Assembly (NCBI GenBank): GCA_028534125.1 | Contig: CM052816.1 | Span: forward strand, 80,292,001 to 80,356,000 | Length of the DNA stretch: 64,000 bases | Direction: 5' to 3' | Source: Lama glama | Lineage: Eukaryota | Shown: positions 12,110 to 25,389 of the stretch, piece by piece | Layout of the letters: the number at the start of each line of letters is the position of its first letter | How positions within the stretch are numbered: the stretch's first letter is position 1 | Program-made: the position numbers and the translations under genes | The notes under the pieces: model-generated | What the model saw: the letters and a program-made list of their open reading frames with translations, nothing else | Database searches by the model: none | Told to the model about the DNA's origin: nothing

Positions 12110-12581
12110 TGGGGATGGAAAATTAATTAATCAGTAGTCAACTGAAGAAAGAAAGAGAGAGTTTTATTTGAGTCAGCCTGAAGATTATAAACCAAGAGAC
12201 AGTCGCTCAGAGAGCTCTAAGAACTGTTCCTTCCATTGGAGGTCAAAGCACAGTTATATATGAGACAAAGGGTTATGCATGACATGTCGACTGCTCACAT
12301 AGTCCAGATCTTCACGTCCAAGGTGAGTAAGTGGTTCATCGTGACTCCTTACAGGATTAAGAAAGGAGTGCTATCTCTTAGGGAGTTACCATGCTAGTGC
12401 CAGGAGAAAAGTGCTCTTTATCAAGCAAGTATCCCTGAATCCTTTAAGGCGGTCTGGTTAATGTATAATACAGATGCACAGTGCAAAGAGGGGGCTGGAG
12501 TAGAGGCATAGATGGGTAGAGAGAAAATTTTATGTTTAAATTTTTCTTGCCTTGCCATAAAATATGCATTTTTTCTCATCA
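12110..12581 (-). mobile_element. Solo LTR (ERV1-like, 472 bp) inserted into an L2 fragment
   Basis: TG...CA termini, 4-bp TSD CTCC (12106-12109 / 12582-12585), minus-strand AATAAA at about 12162. L2-like sequence resumes on both sides. Confidence 0.7.
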
Positions 12582-13146
12582 CTCCCCATTTGCCTACTGA
12601 GTAAAGAACAATTCCTAGGCAGGGTTCAAAACTCCTCACAATCTGTTCTCATCCTATCCTTCAAGCTTTATTTCCCTTACTCCCTCCACATTCTCTGTGC
12701 TCTGAGCAATTTCCCAGCAAGTTCCTAGGCACAGACTCCAGGTCTGTTTTGCTCACAGCATCCCTGGTACCTCCAACACTGCCTGGCATGCCATAGATGC
12801 TCAAAATAAATATTAATGAAACAAACATAGGACACTACCCTTTCCTTTCTAGATTCAAGGTCTACTTTACACTGAAATTCCCTTCCTCCTTTTCTCCCTT
12901 TGGAAGTCAAAGCTGCTTAGAAACTTTCTTCAAACCCCTTTCCTGGGGAGAAGGCCCCTCACTCTTTTCGAAATTGCAGGCAGACTTAATTTTTAACTTG
13001 GTCAGAGCTTCCACCCACAACATCATCAAAATATAAAAGTTTGTCAAGTGGATGAACATAAAGATAGCCACGTGGATAACTCCAGCGGGAAGAGAGAGTG
13101 GTTACAGTTCACCACACACACATCCTGAATTTTACCTCCCCTGTGC

Positions 13147-13487
13147 CTGTGTGGTCTCCTAGGGCTGTCATAACCAAATGCCAGACTGGGGGCCTTAAAG
13201 GACAGAAATTATGTCCTCACCATTCTGGAGGCTGGAAGTCCAAGATCAAGGTGTCAGCAGGGTGCTTTCTGGTGAGATCCCTCTTGGCTTGCACCTGGCC
13301 ATCTTCTCGCTGTGCTCTCACGTGGCCTTTCCTCTGTGCGTGCACTCCTGGTGTCTCTTCCTCTTTTTATCAGGACGTTGGTCTTATGGAGTAAGGCCCC
13401 ATTGTTGTCTCCTCATTTAACCTTAATTACTTCCTAAAGGCCTTATTTCCAACCATGTTCACTTTGAGGGTTAGGGCCTCAACATGT
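13147..13487 (-). mobile_element. MLT1A/B-like MaLR LTR
   Basis: agggctgtcataaccaaatgccagactggg...ttctggaggctggaagtccaagatcaaggtgtcagcagg. Confidence 0.8.
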
Positions 13488-13607
13488 CTTTTAATAAAGA
13501 AAACAAAAGCTTTCTTAGAAAGCCCACAGACTTCTGCTTGTTTCTCATTGGGCAGAATTAGGTCACATGAGCACCCAGGGGCCTAGGAAGTTGGAAAAAA
13601 GAGAGAG

Positions 13608-13633
13608 TCTGTGTGTGTGTGTGTGTGTGTGTG
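13608..13633. repeat. (GT)n microsatellite
   Basis: Direct reading. Confidence 0.9.
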
Positions 13634-16600
13634 GTGGTGGAAAGGGGGTTCCGTTAGCTGGGAGGGAGGGTAATAATTATTGAATAGGCCCAAACTAGTA
13701 GCTACCACATAGAACACAAACACAGTTGAGTATTAACCTAATGAGAACAATTAAGGACCAAGACTATTGTAAGAAAGTGACAGCCAGAGCTTTCAAAGTC
13801 CAATCTATTAGTGAATAATGAAGAGATAATTGTATTTTAAAGTTATACTCATGTTCACAATTTTACCTGATCACTTTTGTTATATTTACACTCTCCCCTG
13901 AATTACAATCCACTGTGGATTTATCCATCTCTTCTACAAGATTTGTGAAAACATGAGGATTCACCTGCAAATTCCCCGTGGCTTTTAACTTACTGTTTTG
14001 TTGTCACCAGGCACTTAGAAATGTTAGCTATGTAAAAGGAGACTCTCAGTTTCTTAACCTTGCTTGTATTTCATGCAAATTTACATCATGTTCAACTGCG
14101 TGGCAGATTGCATCAATCAGATGAATATGTTCATTTAGTTACTTTGCTTTGTCTTATGACCAGCACCGAACCCTGGACCTCAGTCACCTGCCTCTGGTTA
14201 TAGGGGGACCCCCAAGGGTGTGTGGACGGCTCAAAGCAAGCTCTTTCCCCTACTAGGAAAAAACAACTTAAAATATCTTCCTCTTATAAAAGAACACAGT
14301 GACGTCTCACCTTGTTTAAGGCTTAAATTCTAAAGTCCCTGCTTAAGGGATGCATTATTTGATCATTCATAGAATACCGCATGCCTTGTTCTATGTCTAT
14401 AGAGCTTCACAGTGATGGATACATAAAAATATGTCTGCAGATTCATCTCCTCTTTAGTGTCTACTTCCGGACATGGGCTCAGTGACCGGAACAGCAGATA
14501 GGACAACCCAGATTATTTCAGACGTTCTTCTTATCTTTCTTGCTCTCTCTTTCCCTCTTTCCAAAGTGTGAATGGTTGAATTCTGTTGAGGTAACTATGG
14601 ATGTGTGGCCCCACCATGGTGTCCTCGCTCTGAGTGGGAGACCACATTAAAAATGGAGTGAAAAATAGTCAGCAGTGCATCATCATTTTGCTCAGCCTTT
14701 GCATACACACCAGACCTCTTGAATTTTCATGACCTTGGCAAAGAGATGGCCATAGCAGTCTGCCTGAAACAATCATTTTATGATAAAGGCATGTTCAGTG
14801 TCAGGGCCCATTTTAATTTTCATCAGCAGTAACATATCATTTATCTGAGGTCTCCAATGAGCTAAATAGATTGAAATTCTTTTTATTTATTTCAGAGCTT
14901 CAGTCCAGGCCCATCAATTCCAAATGATTTGCAAGTAAGTGTCCAAGGGTTCACTGCCAAAATATTTTCTAGCATATTTCTTACTTTTTCTTTAAAAAAA
15001 GAAAAGACTCTACTGGCTCCCTGAAGGACATTTTGGCCCCCCAGCTTCTTCTGTCTCTTATGTTAAAAGGTAACTCCACCTGCCCTCCATCCCTGGCGTA
15101 AGTGGTAGCCATGCTGCCGGTCACCCCACGCCTTCACCTCAGGGTGCATCTGAGGCTGTGCAACCCACACTCACCAAAAGGAAATGCCTCCTCTGTATTA
15201 AAATACTTCTAACCAAGCACACGTTGCTAAATTAATCTGAGGCTTCGCTCTCCTTAGCAGTAGGCTCTGTCTGTCCCCCGGAGGCTGGAATGAGGCATGA
15301 AGGGGAAGGCCATCCCAGATCAAATCCTGGCTCCACCTCCTGCCAAGTCGCCTTAGTATTTCTGAACTTTTGTTTCCTCACAGGGTTGTGAATCTTTACA
15401 CGATGTTAATTACTAATATCCTGGTAGACTGCCCCAGGGCCAGAGCAAGAAACCATGTTAAAAGGATTCAACACCAAATGTTATATTTACCTGACTTCCT
15501 CCATCTTCACTGGGTTTGCAAAAGTTTTATTTGTATATTAAGACTCAGCAAGAAACTTGAACATCTTTGGAAGAAGAATGGGGAAACTTGTTAGGCTTAG
15601 CCTCTTTTAACTTTCCTGTTTCTTTAATACTTCAAAGTATGCGTAAAAATGGCCAGATCAGAAATGATTAAACACCAAGAAAAGAGTCCTAAAAATGAAG
15701 TTTGGACAGAGGCCCCTTTGACCAAACCTTCTACGCAAATGGAAAGAAGCTGCGTTTCATGTTAGAGTTGATTTTAACTTCTCCTTCAGGACTCATGGCT
15801 GCCTGAGTAGATTTCTTTCATCCGCTGGCTTCCCTTTGAAGTTTCCACCCCTGGTGAACTTTCACATCTCCTCATTCAAGCAGATTAGAAAGGATGTGGC
15901 CAGAGCAGAAACCAAGGATTCGGAAATTTCAGCTTGGAGGGTGCGTGAATGACTTAGGGCAAAACAGTTATTGTCTCCAAACTGCCATTTCTTTTCCCAC
16001 TCAGCACCTACCTCCCAAAGAATCTCAGAGGCAGGTTAGAGAAGGGAGCCCCGAGGGTTTTTTTTTTCCTGGCTCTGTTGTCTGCCTGAAAAGTTCTTTC
16101 CCCAGGTACCAACTGGCCAGCTTGGTTTGCTTTCTCTCCTTGTTGCAGTCTGTGTCCTATAGCTCCCCCTCAGTGATGTGTTCGTGACCATCTGATAACA
16201 TGGCGTTTGCTCATTTGTTTATTGTCTGCCTCTGCAGTCAACATATAAGCTCTCTGGAGGCAGGAACAGTGTCTTTCCTGTGTGGTGCTGCACCCCTAGT
16301 GCTTAGAATGGCTCTGGGAGTGTGCTCAAGAAATATTGGTGGGACAGAAATTTTATTTTTAACATCCTCATTTTACCTGTGGGGAAGTTGTGTTGCCAAG
16401 AGGTAAGTGACTAACCCAAGGTCACACAGCTGGGTAGTGGTAGACTAGACTAGGGGCAGAAACTAACCAACCAGCCAACCCACCAAAGACCTGGTTCATG
16501 TTTTTGTCTGGATTCCTCTAAAAGCTGAGCCCCAGGGAAAGTCTATATGCAGAAAGTTGATTTGGGAAGGGACTGCAGAGAGCAAGAGCGAGGGGATGGA

Positions 16601-17875
16601 GAAGTGGAACAGGCCAAGTCAATAAGCCTTACAGACTTGGCCTTTGTGCTGAGTGGCTGTCCTCTATCTCGTCAGGATCCTCAGAGGAGCCTTCTGACAT
16701 GCTTCTCAGAACTCTCCATCTGGGGGCATCGAGGAGGGAAGGGGTGATAAATCCAATGGCTCCAGTCTCCACTGGTCCAGCAGGGTGATCCCATGGGTGT
16801 TAACCTCCCTTGCATGAGTGCTGCCCCCACCGGAGTGTGGCTCCCTCAGGCAAGGCACTTTCCAGATGCACCTGAGCAGAGACTGGCTTAGAACTGGTCA
16901 CCGCAGCTGCTGCTGGGCAAAGCAGTGGAGGGCGCTGAGAAGACTTTCAGTGTCCGCAAGGGCTGCCTGATGCAGCTCCGTGTTACTTGGTCACCACTAG
17001 GAGGAGTTAGAGCATTTTGCAAAGTGCTCCACACACTTTACCTTACAGTGAAATGAGCTATTGCAACTCTGAACTGAAATCTGTAGACTTAAAACTCCAG
17101 AACCGGGCCCATTGATGGCTTGACCATTTCTAATCCTTAAGCAAGAAAAGAAACAAGAGTCAGATTTTATGTGTCATGTCAGAAAATGAGAAGTTTCAGG
17201 AATCTTGTCTGAATTAGGATAGCAATGGTCATTCACAGGCTCAAATAGAGAAGGCTGCTTTGGGAAAATGGTGGGATAATGACGGTGAATGCTTTTACAG
17301 GAACCATTCTTGCGGTAGACACACTTCACAGCAATGCAAAGTGTGATGTCAGTGCTCTTACCCTCTGTGGCAAACACCCTCCCCTAGTTCCCTGCATTGA
17401 TTGAGAAGAATATGATTTGGGCGTTGCTTTGCTGCAGATTTTTTAGCCTACGGCTTAGCTGATGCTCAGTGATAGAAAATGTTGGATGAATCTTTATGTC
17501 TGAAATGGGTATGAATCTCAAACCCCAAAACGAATGTTCTCCCACCTCTTTCCCCGAGGGTTGCAGCTAAGTTCTGGGTGCTTAGAATGCAAGGGTCTCG
17601 GGGCAGGGAGGATCTGGGTTTTAGCGTCATCTGTTCACACTGGCATTTTACTAGGATGTCCCCCATCCCTCCAAGTCTCAGGGATCAGGCTGAACTGGTC
17701 ACAGCTGTGTTCTCTCTCCTCCAGGTCTGCAGGGCCCCTTCAGAACCTGGGATTCTCAGCTACCCCCACCCCCATGCCATTCTGCTATTCCCATGCCTGC
17801 CAGTGTCAGGTGAACTCTAGGGGCTGCAAACTCTCTATGCTCTGGTTTCTGTGTCCCTAAAATGGAGATCAAAAT

Positions 17876-18523
17876 AGAGCTGATCCTCATTATTCATGGA
17901 TTCCATATTTGTGAAGTCATCTGCTCACTAAAATTTATTTGCGACGCCAAAATCAGTACTTCACAGCTTGTTTGCAGTCATTTGCAGACACATGCAGAGA
18001 AGAAAGGAAAAAATTTGTCACCCAATGTTCTGGTTCCTGGCTGAGGTTGATCAAGGTGACACTACTGTCTTGTTTTGATTCTCATACCATAAACAAGAGT
18101 CCTTTCCGTGGTATCTTTAGTGCCAATTTTTTCCCCCATTTTTTTTTTTTTGGCGATTTCACTGTTTAAAATGGCCCCAAATGTGGTGCTGAAGTGCTGT
18201 CTCAGATTCATTAGTGCAAGAACATTGTGATGTGCCTTATGGAGAAAATATGTGTGTTACATAAGCTTTGTTCAGGTATGAGTTGCAGTGCTGTTAGCCA
18301 TGGATTCAATGTTAATGAAACAACAATATGTTAAATGACGCATCTTTAAATAGAAATACACATAAAACAAGGTTACGAGTTGATCAGTTGATGAAAGTGA
18401 GACTAGAGGTTTGAAGGAGTTTAATCCTGTATTTCCCCTTGGACAATAGCTTACTATTCATGAATTCGGTGTTTGTGGGGACTTTGTAGAACGTGACTGC
18501 CACTAATAATAAGAATCCACCGT
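17876..18523. mobile_element. TcMar-Tigger DNA transposon (Tigger6-like)
   Basis: Degenerate inverted ends (gctgatcctcattattc... / ...taataataagaatccaccg) flanked by TA, with Tigger-like internal sequence. Subfamily from memory. Confidence 0.65.
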
Positions 18524-20885
18524 AGTACCGTCTTCAAAGGTTGTTGTGAGGACGGGATGAGTCAGTACATGTCAAGCACTTAGAACAGAGTCTGACACAG
18601 GATAAGCTCACCTTTCTTGACCCACTGCACAGCCATTTCTTCCTCGAGGTCTTCGTGTCTCCCTGGGGTCTTCTGCTCTTAGAGCCCCCAAGTCTTCTGC
18701 AGGAGGTTCTGCTCCCCACCTCCTATGTACCATCCCCAGCTAGGTCCAGCAAGGAGCAGAACCACCACTGCCTTCAGGATTCACCAGCATATGTGCACCC
18801 AACACGAATGCCCTGCCTATTCTGGGAAGCCTCGTTCTTAAATCACATTTTTCTACTGAATCTACTGTCTACGCCTTTGGAGCCTAAGGGCTTTTGAAGC
18901 TCAGAAGCCAGGAGACACATTCTTATTTCTCTGCTTTCTACTTTTATGTCCTTCCCTCAAAGCAGTGAGGCATCCTGGCTCAGCTTGACTGTGAAGGAAG
19001 GGCCCAGGGAGATCCTGGGGAGTGGTGGGTGGACAGAAACCATGGTCAATACTTTAAATATCTCACATCTTTTAAGAAACAAGTTGCCTTGTAAATGTAA
19101 AGAAATGTCAAGTGTGCTTGTGTCTTCTCTCTTTAAACAAAGCATGCATGTCTTTTTGTTGGTTTTCCTTATACCCTCAGCTTCCAGGAGGGCAGACGTG
19201 GTCTGTATCTGCAATTGCCAGCATGGTTCCTGGTGAGAGTAGATGCTCCATCCATTTCCGCTGATAAACAAACTCTGTCTCACACACACACAGTCATACA
19301 CACCCAGTAACTGGGACACAGCAGTTAACTCTGGATTTAATGTATGTGTGTTTGTATGTGATTGGTGTAGGTAGGAACCTAATCTGACACGTTAATTGCT
19401 GTTTTCTCAACACATAGAAAAGAATCAGAACGCCTATGTCATGAGCCCCCCAGGAAGTGGGGTCCCAGCCCGTCCCGGCGCTGAGGTTCAGTAGCCAGCA
19501 GCACACTGACAGCTCTCTCCACCTGAGCTCTTTCTCTGTCGGAGCTGTTTGTGCAGTCACACACCTGAAGCAGGGAGGCAGTCATAGGCACCTAGTGGGA
19601 GGTGCAGAGCTTGGCTCAGACTCTTTTATAGGACATTCCTTGGTCCTAAAACTCTCCCAGTTTCCAATTTTACCTATTATAGTTGAAGATTAAAGAAAAA
19701 AACCATACATATTTCTGTATGCTTGGCCTTTTCCAGGATGAACCATTGTTCAGGCTGTATCATTAGTTATGAAATACAGTGTCTGCCAGGCCATTCATTC
19801 TCATGGGATTGGCTCTGGTCTGAGTTTGACGTCGCGGCCTCGCCCTGTGATGGAGGAGCCAGCTGGACCACTTGCGGGCCTCTCTTTGTTGTTAACTAAT
19901 GTGCAAGCAGCTGTCCTTTGGATGCTTCAGCTTATGATTTGGTCAGTAGCCTGGTCTTTGATTCCAGGGGCGCCGGCGAGTCTGATGTTGGCAGTAGAGA
20001 TAGATGCGGTCTGGATGCAGATGTGGGGTTGCCCTTAGCCTTTGTTGGAGCTAAGATGACCACACTCTGTTTTGGATATAAATATTTTGAAGATAAATCC
20101 TTAGCTTAAGCAGAGGAAGACAAAAGGGAAGCATTCAGTGATTTCCTACAACCCTTTGCTGGCCCACATCATATCTGAAGGTGTGACTAGATAAAGTTAA
20201 ATGTTTCCATCCATTGTTTTAATATGGTAACTAACTATTGAAATAATTTCCCAATGGCCCACTCTTCCTTCAGGGCATGTTCTGTTCTAACTGTTAGCTA
20301 GCTGGGTCCCACAGTAGGTCTGGGACAAACAGAAGAGTTTTGCCTGTTTTGTTTGTTCTTCCCTCCTTAAAAGAAGAGAGGATTGGACAGTCTCTCAGTT
20401 ACTTGTAGCATGTTTTACTTAACTAATTAATGAGGGAACTGAAAGGGAAGATGTAAAGAACTTCCTCACGTTCTTGCAGTGTGTGTGTGTGTGATATTAG
20501 CAAAAGAAAAAATGCTACATTTGATACAAATTTGATTAGCCGTCTACAAGGCAATAAAACTATCATTCCTCTCTCATAGTTTCACCAGGTTACAAAAACT
20601 TGATGAAAAACATAAACCCTATTAATGTCTACAAATTAACCCCAGTTTTGCAGGACTGCACTTCATTGTGCTTTATCAGTTGTGACTTGTTGGTCAAATA
20701 TCCTATGACAATAAGGTCCTATTTCCAAGAATATCAGATGAGTGTTGAGCAGGTTGATTGGAAACTTCTCTGTCACCTGGCTACTCAAAAAGGGATATGT
20801 GAACTGGCAGCACTGGTGTCATTGGGAAGCTTAAAAGGAAGGCAGAGTCTCAGGCTCCACCCTACATCTTTAAAATCAGAGCCTG

Positions 20886-21242
20886 TGCTGTGGACTGAAT
20901 GTTTGTGCCCCCCAGAATCTGTATGTTGAAGACCTCATGCCTAATGTGATGCCATTAGGAGATGGGGCCTTTAGAAGGTGATTAGGTCATGGGGGCTCAT
21001 GAACCGAATTCGTGGCCTTACAAAAGTGGCCCAAGAAATTTCCCTTGTCACTCCTGCTGAGTAAGATTACAGTGAGAGCAGGGCTGTCAGTGAGGAAGGA
21101 GGCCCTCACCAGACACCGAAAATGCTGACACCATGATCTTGGACTTCCCAGCCTCCAGAACTGTGAGAAATAAATGTTCGGTGTTTATAAGCTACCAAGT
21201 TTATGGTATTTTTTGTTATAGCAGCTTGAATGGGCTGAAACA
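20886..21242 (+). mobile_element. MLT1A/B-like MaLR LTR nested in a MER5-like element
   Basis: tgctgtggactgaatgtttgtg...cagcctccagaactgtgagaaataaatgt...gttatagcagc. MER5-like sequence on both flanks. Confidence 0.8.
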
Positions 21243-21377
21243 ACCTGCATTTTAAGAAGACATCCATGTGCACATTAAAGTTTAACAAGCACTGCTCTAT
21301 AATGATATTTTAAAAAGCCAGGCAGTTATAATTTTTACCCTTTCCAGGTTTGAAATACACATTTCTTCCACAATACT

Positions 21378-21735
21378 TTTTTTTAAACATTTTTTATTGA
21401 TTTATAATCATTTCACAATGTTGTGTCAAATTCCAGCGTTCAGTACAATTTTTCATACATGGACATATGCACACTCATTGTCACATTTTTTTCTCTGTGA
21501 GCTACCATGACATTTTGTGTATATTTCCCTGTGCTATACAGTGTAATCTTGTTTATCTATTCTACAATTTTGAAATCCCAGTCTATCCCTTCCCACTCTC
21601 CGCGCCCCTGGCAACCACAAGTCTGTATTCTCTGTCTGTGAGTCTATTTCTGTCCTGTATTTACGCTTTGTTTTTTGTTTGTTTGTTTCTTTGTTTTTTA
21701 GATTCCACATATGAGTGATCTCGTGTGGTATTTTT
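21378..21735 (-). mobile_element. Young lineage-specific L1 3' end (5'-truncated)
   Basis: Poly-T followed by acattttttattgatttataatcatt...ggcaaccacaagtctgt...tagattccacatatgagtgat. Confidence 0.75.
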
Positions 21736-22519
21736 GCCACAGGCCACACTAGGTCAGCGGTAAGCCGAGGTCTCACCCCTCAGAGTGGCTTCTTGATTCT
21801 AGTCACTGGGTCCAGAACGACTACGTCCTTCCAGCCAGCTCCTGGCAGATTGTTCCCCTCAGGGCAGCAGTCAGCTTCTCCTGCTTCTGGGCAAGGCTTT
21901 GGGGTTAGCACTTCTGTAGGAGGTCAGCAGGGCGCTCAGTTTGGGGCCTGGTTCTGCCCCGGTATATGCGGGTGCTTTACGTGTATTGTCAGGTTAAGCC
22001 TCACAAGACTCAAACAAGGAGGCATCACCACCCCCAGTTCTCAAAGGATACTTGCCCAAGACCACATGATTAGAAAGCACACCGGTGGGAATGGAAATCA
22101 GGCATAATTCCAAACCCCTTCCTTCCATGCTACCTCCTGTGGTTTTCTTATCTAATTCAACTAGACCAGTTCCAAACATCCTTCTACCTCTGAAGTCTTT
22201 GGATTCATTGATACATTGAATGCTTGTGAACATCACTGCTAATTCATAGGAATCCTTTAATAATTATTAATAATCAACATCATTTGATACCATTAACTAA
22301 GCTCCAATAATAACTAAACCCTTCAGAACTCCTCTACACTCTTTGAGTACCCAGCTCACAGTTCAAACATCATTTATCACAGTTTTTTGAAAGTAGCTGT
22401 TTACTTATCTGTTTCTCCCACTTGGAACCTCCTTCTGGAGAAGAGAGGATGGGCTGCTCTGTCTTATGTCTACACCTCCAGAAGCTGGTGTCGATTTTTA
22501 CATACATTTAGTGCTCAGT

Positions 22520-22698
22520 ATTTTTTTTTTACATTTTTTTATTGAGTTATAGTCATTTTACAATGTTGTGTCAAATTCCAGGGTAGAGCACAACTTTTCA
22601 GTTATACATGAATGTATGTATATTCACTGTCACATTTTTTTTTCGCTGTGAGCTACCACAAGATCTTGTATCTATTTCCCTGCGCTATACGGTATAAT
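22520..22698 (-). mobile_element. Second young L1 3' end of the same family
   Basis: Closely similar to 21378-21550. Imperfect TSD tca(g/a)tattt. Confidence 0.75.
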
Positions 22699-23051
22699 CA
22701 ATATTTATTGCAGTACACTAAACTAGTAGGCGTAAAACTGGACTAGGAAACCTTCCAATTGTAGGACTCAAGGGTTTGAGTCAGTATCTAAGTCGATCAT
22801 TTTATTTATATCCATATATTTCTATTCATAAAATAAAGCCACTGTTCCTCTGTACAGTGGAGGATTTGTTTCACATATCAGTTCTATCAAAGAGTCAGGG
22901 GTCTTCTGCTCTACATTTCCTCTGCTCAGTGGAACAATAAGTTTGAAGAAAAGAGGCATAAATGGTTAAGAGAAATAAATGACAATATGACAACCACTGG
23001 CCTAGTTACAAATGATAAATAGTTTTGAAAAAGGAATGTGTCAGTTTTCCA

Positions 23052-23283
23052 TAAGGTTGATCAAGGTCTTGAGTTCTCAGCTGGGGCCCATTTTGTCCCC
23101 TGGGGGACATTTGGCGATGTCAGGAGATATTTGTGGTTGTCATAACCAATGGAGAGGCTGTTACTGGCGTCTAGCAGGGAGAGGCCGGCGGGGTGTTAAA
23201 CATCCTGCACCGTGCAGAACAGCCCCCACGACAAAGCATTAGCCAGCCCCAGGTGTCAGTAGAGCCGAGGTTGAGAATCCCGG
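23052..23283. mobile_element. MER20 hAT-Charlie element
   Basis: gggacatttggcgatgtcaggagatatttgtggttgtcataac...gccgaggttgagaatcc. Confidence 0.8.
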
Positions 23284-25075
23284 CTTAGGCAGACCCTGCA
23301 ATAGTGCTGGGCCTTTCGTGATTCTTGTTGGCTGACTGCTTGGCTCAGCACATGACCTCTGACAACCTAGGATTCTCCATGGTTGAACAAAGAGTGTTAT
23401 TGTCTAATGGTGACCCGAGGCACCACATGCCCCAGAACTGCTCTCTGCATCAGCAGCAGTGTGACCGCCTCAAGGGCCTCCCCTTCCTCTCCGAGCCAAC
23501 CAGGGCACCTACCACGCAAACAGGTCACCAAATGTGTCATTTCTCTGTTTATCTGCCCATCACCCATAATTAGACCATATATTCCCTGCTGGCAGAGAAC
23601 ATGTTTTTTTCATTGCACCGTGTTGGCCGCCATTTCCCCTAATTCCACCTTAAAATCCTTTGGCACTCAGAGCATGATAATGATGCTTTATTTTTGGAAT
23701 TCAATGGTTAAACAGTTTTTTTTCATCTGTAAATAGCCTCGTGGTAAACTGCAACTAGCCAGAATGTGAAGTGACCAGAAGCATCCATTTTTCCACTGTT
23801 CTGGATAAATTAGGATTCATGGTACCTGGCCCTCAGATTTGTGTTCCTGGGATCAGGGTTTGTGTAAGCCTTAAGTGTTTCTGGTTAGAGATAGAGAATT
23901 CCTTTAAGATTTGTTTTCTTCCTTGATTCTCTGATTTAAGAGGATGTTGTCTTTATCTGGGAAATAAAATGGAGCCTCCACTCACACAAGAAAAATATAA
24001 ACAAACAAACAAAAAGCTGCCCTAACTAGGTAGATATTTGTCTTTGGCAAGGCATGATGGGAGATTGATATTTAAAGGTAAGTGACAGGAGGGTCAGCCC
24101 TATGTAAGCTTGGGACATAGGTAGGAGGTGTGTTTGGCATCCCTCTGCTTGCTTCCTGGGACATCTTCCCACCCCCAGGAACACCCCGCTTCGGCCCAGC
24201 CTCCCCAGAAGTCACTGGTGCCTGCTGCCCAGAGAAGCGTCTGAGGAGCACCTACTGCCTTGGCGCTGAGTCCTGCAACGTCTTGCCCGTACTAGGAGGG
24301 CTTGCATTTTAAGACAGGAACCCACAAAGAATGAATATCAGACATATGATTCATCAGGGCAGGATCAGTTTCGAGGAGCTCTTCTTCAGTGTCCCTCGAG
24401 CCACACTGTCGTTAAGCACAAGCAGATAAAGCAAGCTCAGGAAGACTGCAGGTCCAGGGTCCTGTGAGAGGATAACAAGGTTGTTAGCAATCCATATTTA
24501 AACTTTTGTTTTCATTTGTTCTGTGCCTGTCAACTGGGAACGAGTACCTTTAGCTTTTCATAAAGGAAAGAAGACAGATTCCAAGATCTCTGCAAACTTG
24601 TGTCACCCTAAGAAGCTTATTAATCAATAAATGATAAGACAATAATTATATTTTATTGCAGTCAGAAATTGGTTTTCTTTGGGGACTCTATAAGGCCAGG
24701 AATTTTGGTCCTTAAGCAGTGTAGAGAGTGTCGTTTAGAACTTCAGACGGCGGCAGTATTAACTAAGCACTTACTATGTGGCTGGCACTATTCCACTTTC
24801 CAATTGTGACCCTACCAGTAGGTTACTCTTTTATTATCATCCCCCTATTATGAGTGAGCAAGTCCAAGGTCACTGCAAGTACATGCTGGACCTGGGCCTT
24901 GAACCCCCGCTTCCTGGCCCAGGTGTCGTAGCCTCTCCCTCTGTTGCTTCTCCAGTCATAAGCAGGCTGCCTCTGCCGGCCTTAGAGAGCTTTCCCACTG
25001 AAGGGGGGGGCCCTCGCACGATGGCAAGAGAAAATGGTTCTAATTATGCTAATCCCGCTCTTTCTTGCTTTCCAG

Positions 25076-25389
25076 GTTTGGGAGGTGCCCTGGGTTACGT
25101 CTTGGGTGCTATCGACTGGGCCCACCTGGAACTGGGAAGAGTGCTGGGCACAGAATTCCAGGTCATGTTCCTCTTCTCGTCTTTGGTGCTCTCTTTGTGT
25201 TTTATCATCCATCTGTGCAGTATCCCTGAAGTCTCGCTTAAAGACATTCCCGCACAGCAAGCCCCCTGCGACCTTGCGGTGTCATCCAACAGAACGTACC
25301 AGTATGGGTCTATTGAGAAAGTGAAAAATGGTTATGTAAACCCAGAGCTGGTGCTGCAAGGAGGAAAACCCAAAAATCCTGATGAACAG
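25076..25389 (+). CDS. SLC45A2: SLC45A2 exon 3
   Basis: tttccag| acceptor and CAG|gtaaat donor. 314 nt encoding [32 protein letters not shown]...[16 protein letters not shown]...DEQ. Cumulative length 876 nt, phase 0. Confidence 0.97.

Noticed and set aside
24778..25075. Upstream in-frame extension of the exon 3 ORF
   Set aside because: Intronic sequence that is open by chance. Homology starts at the acceptor at 25076.
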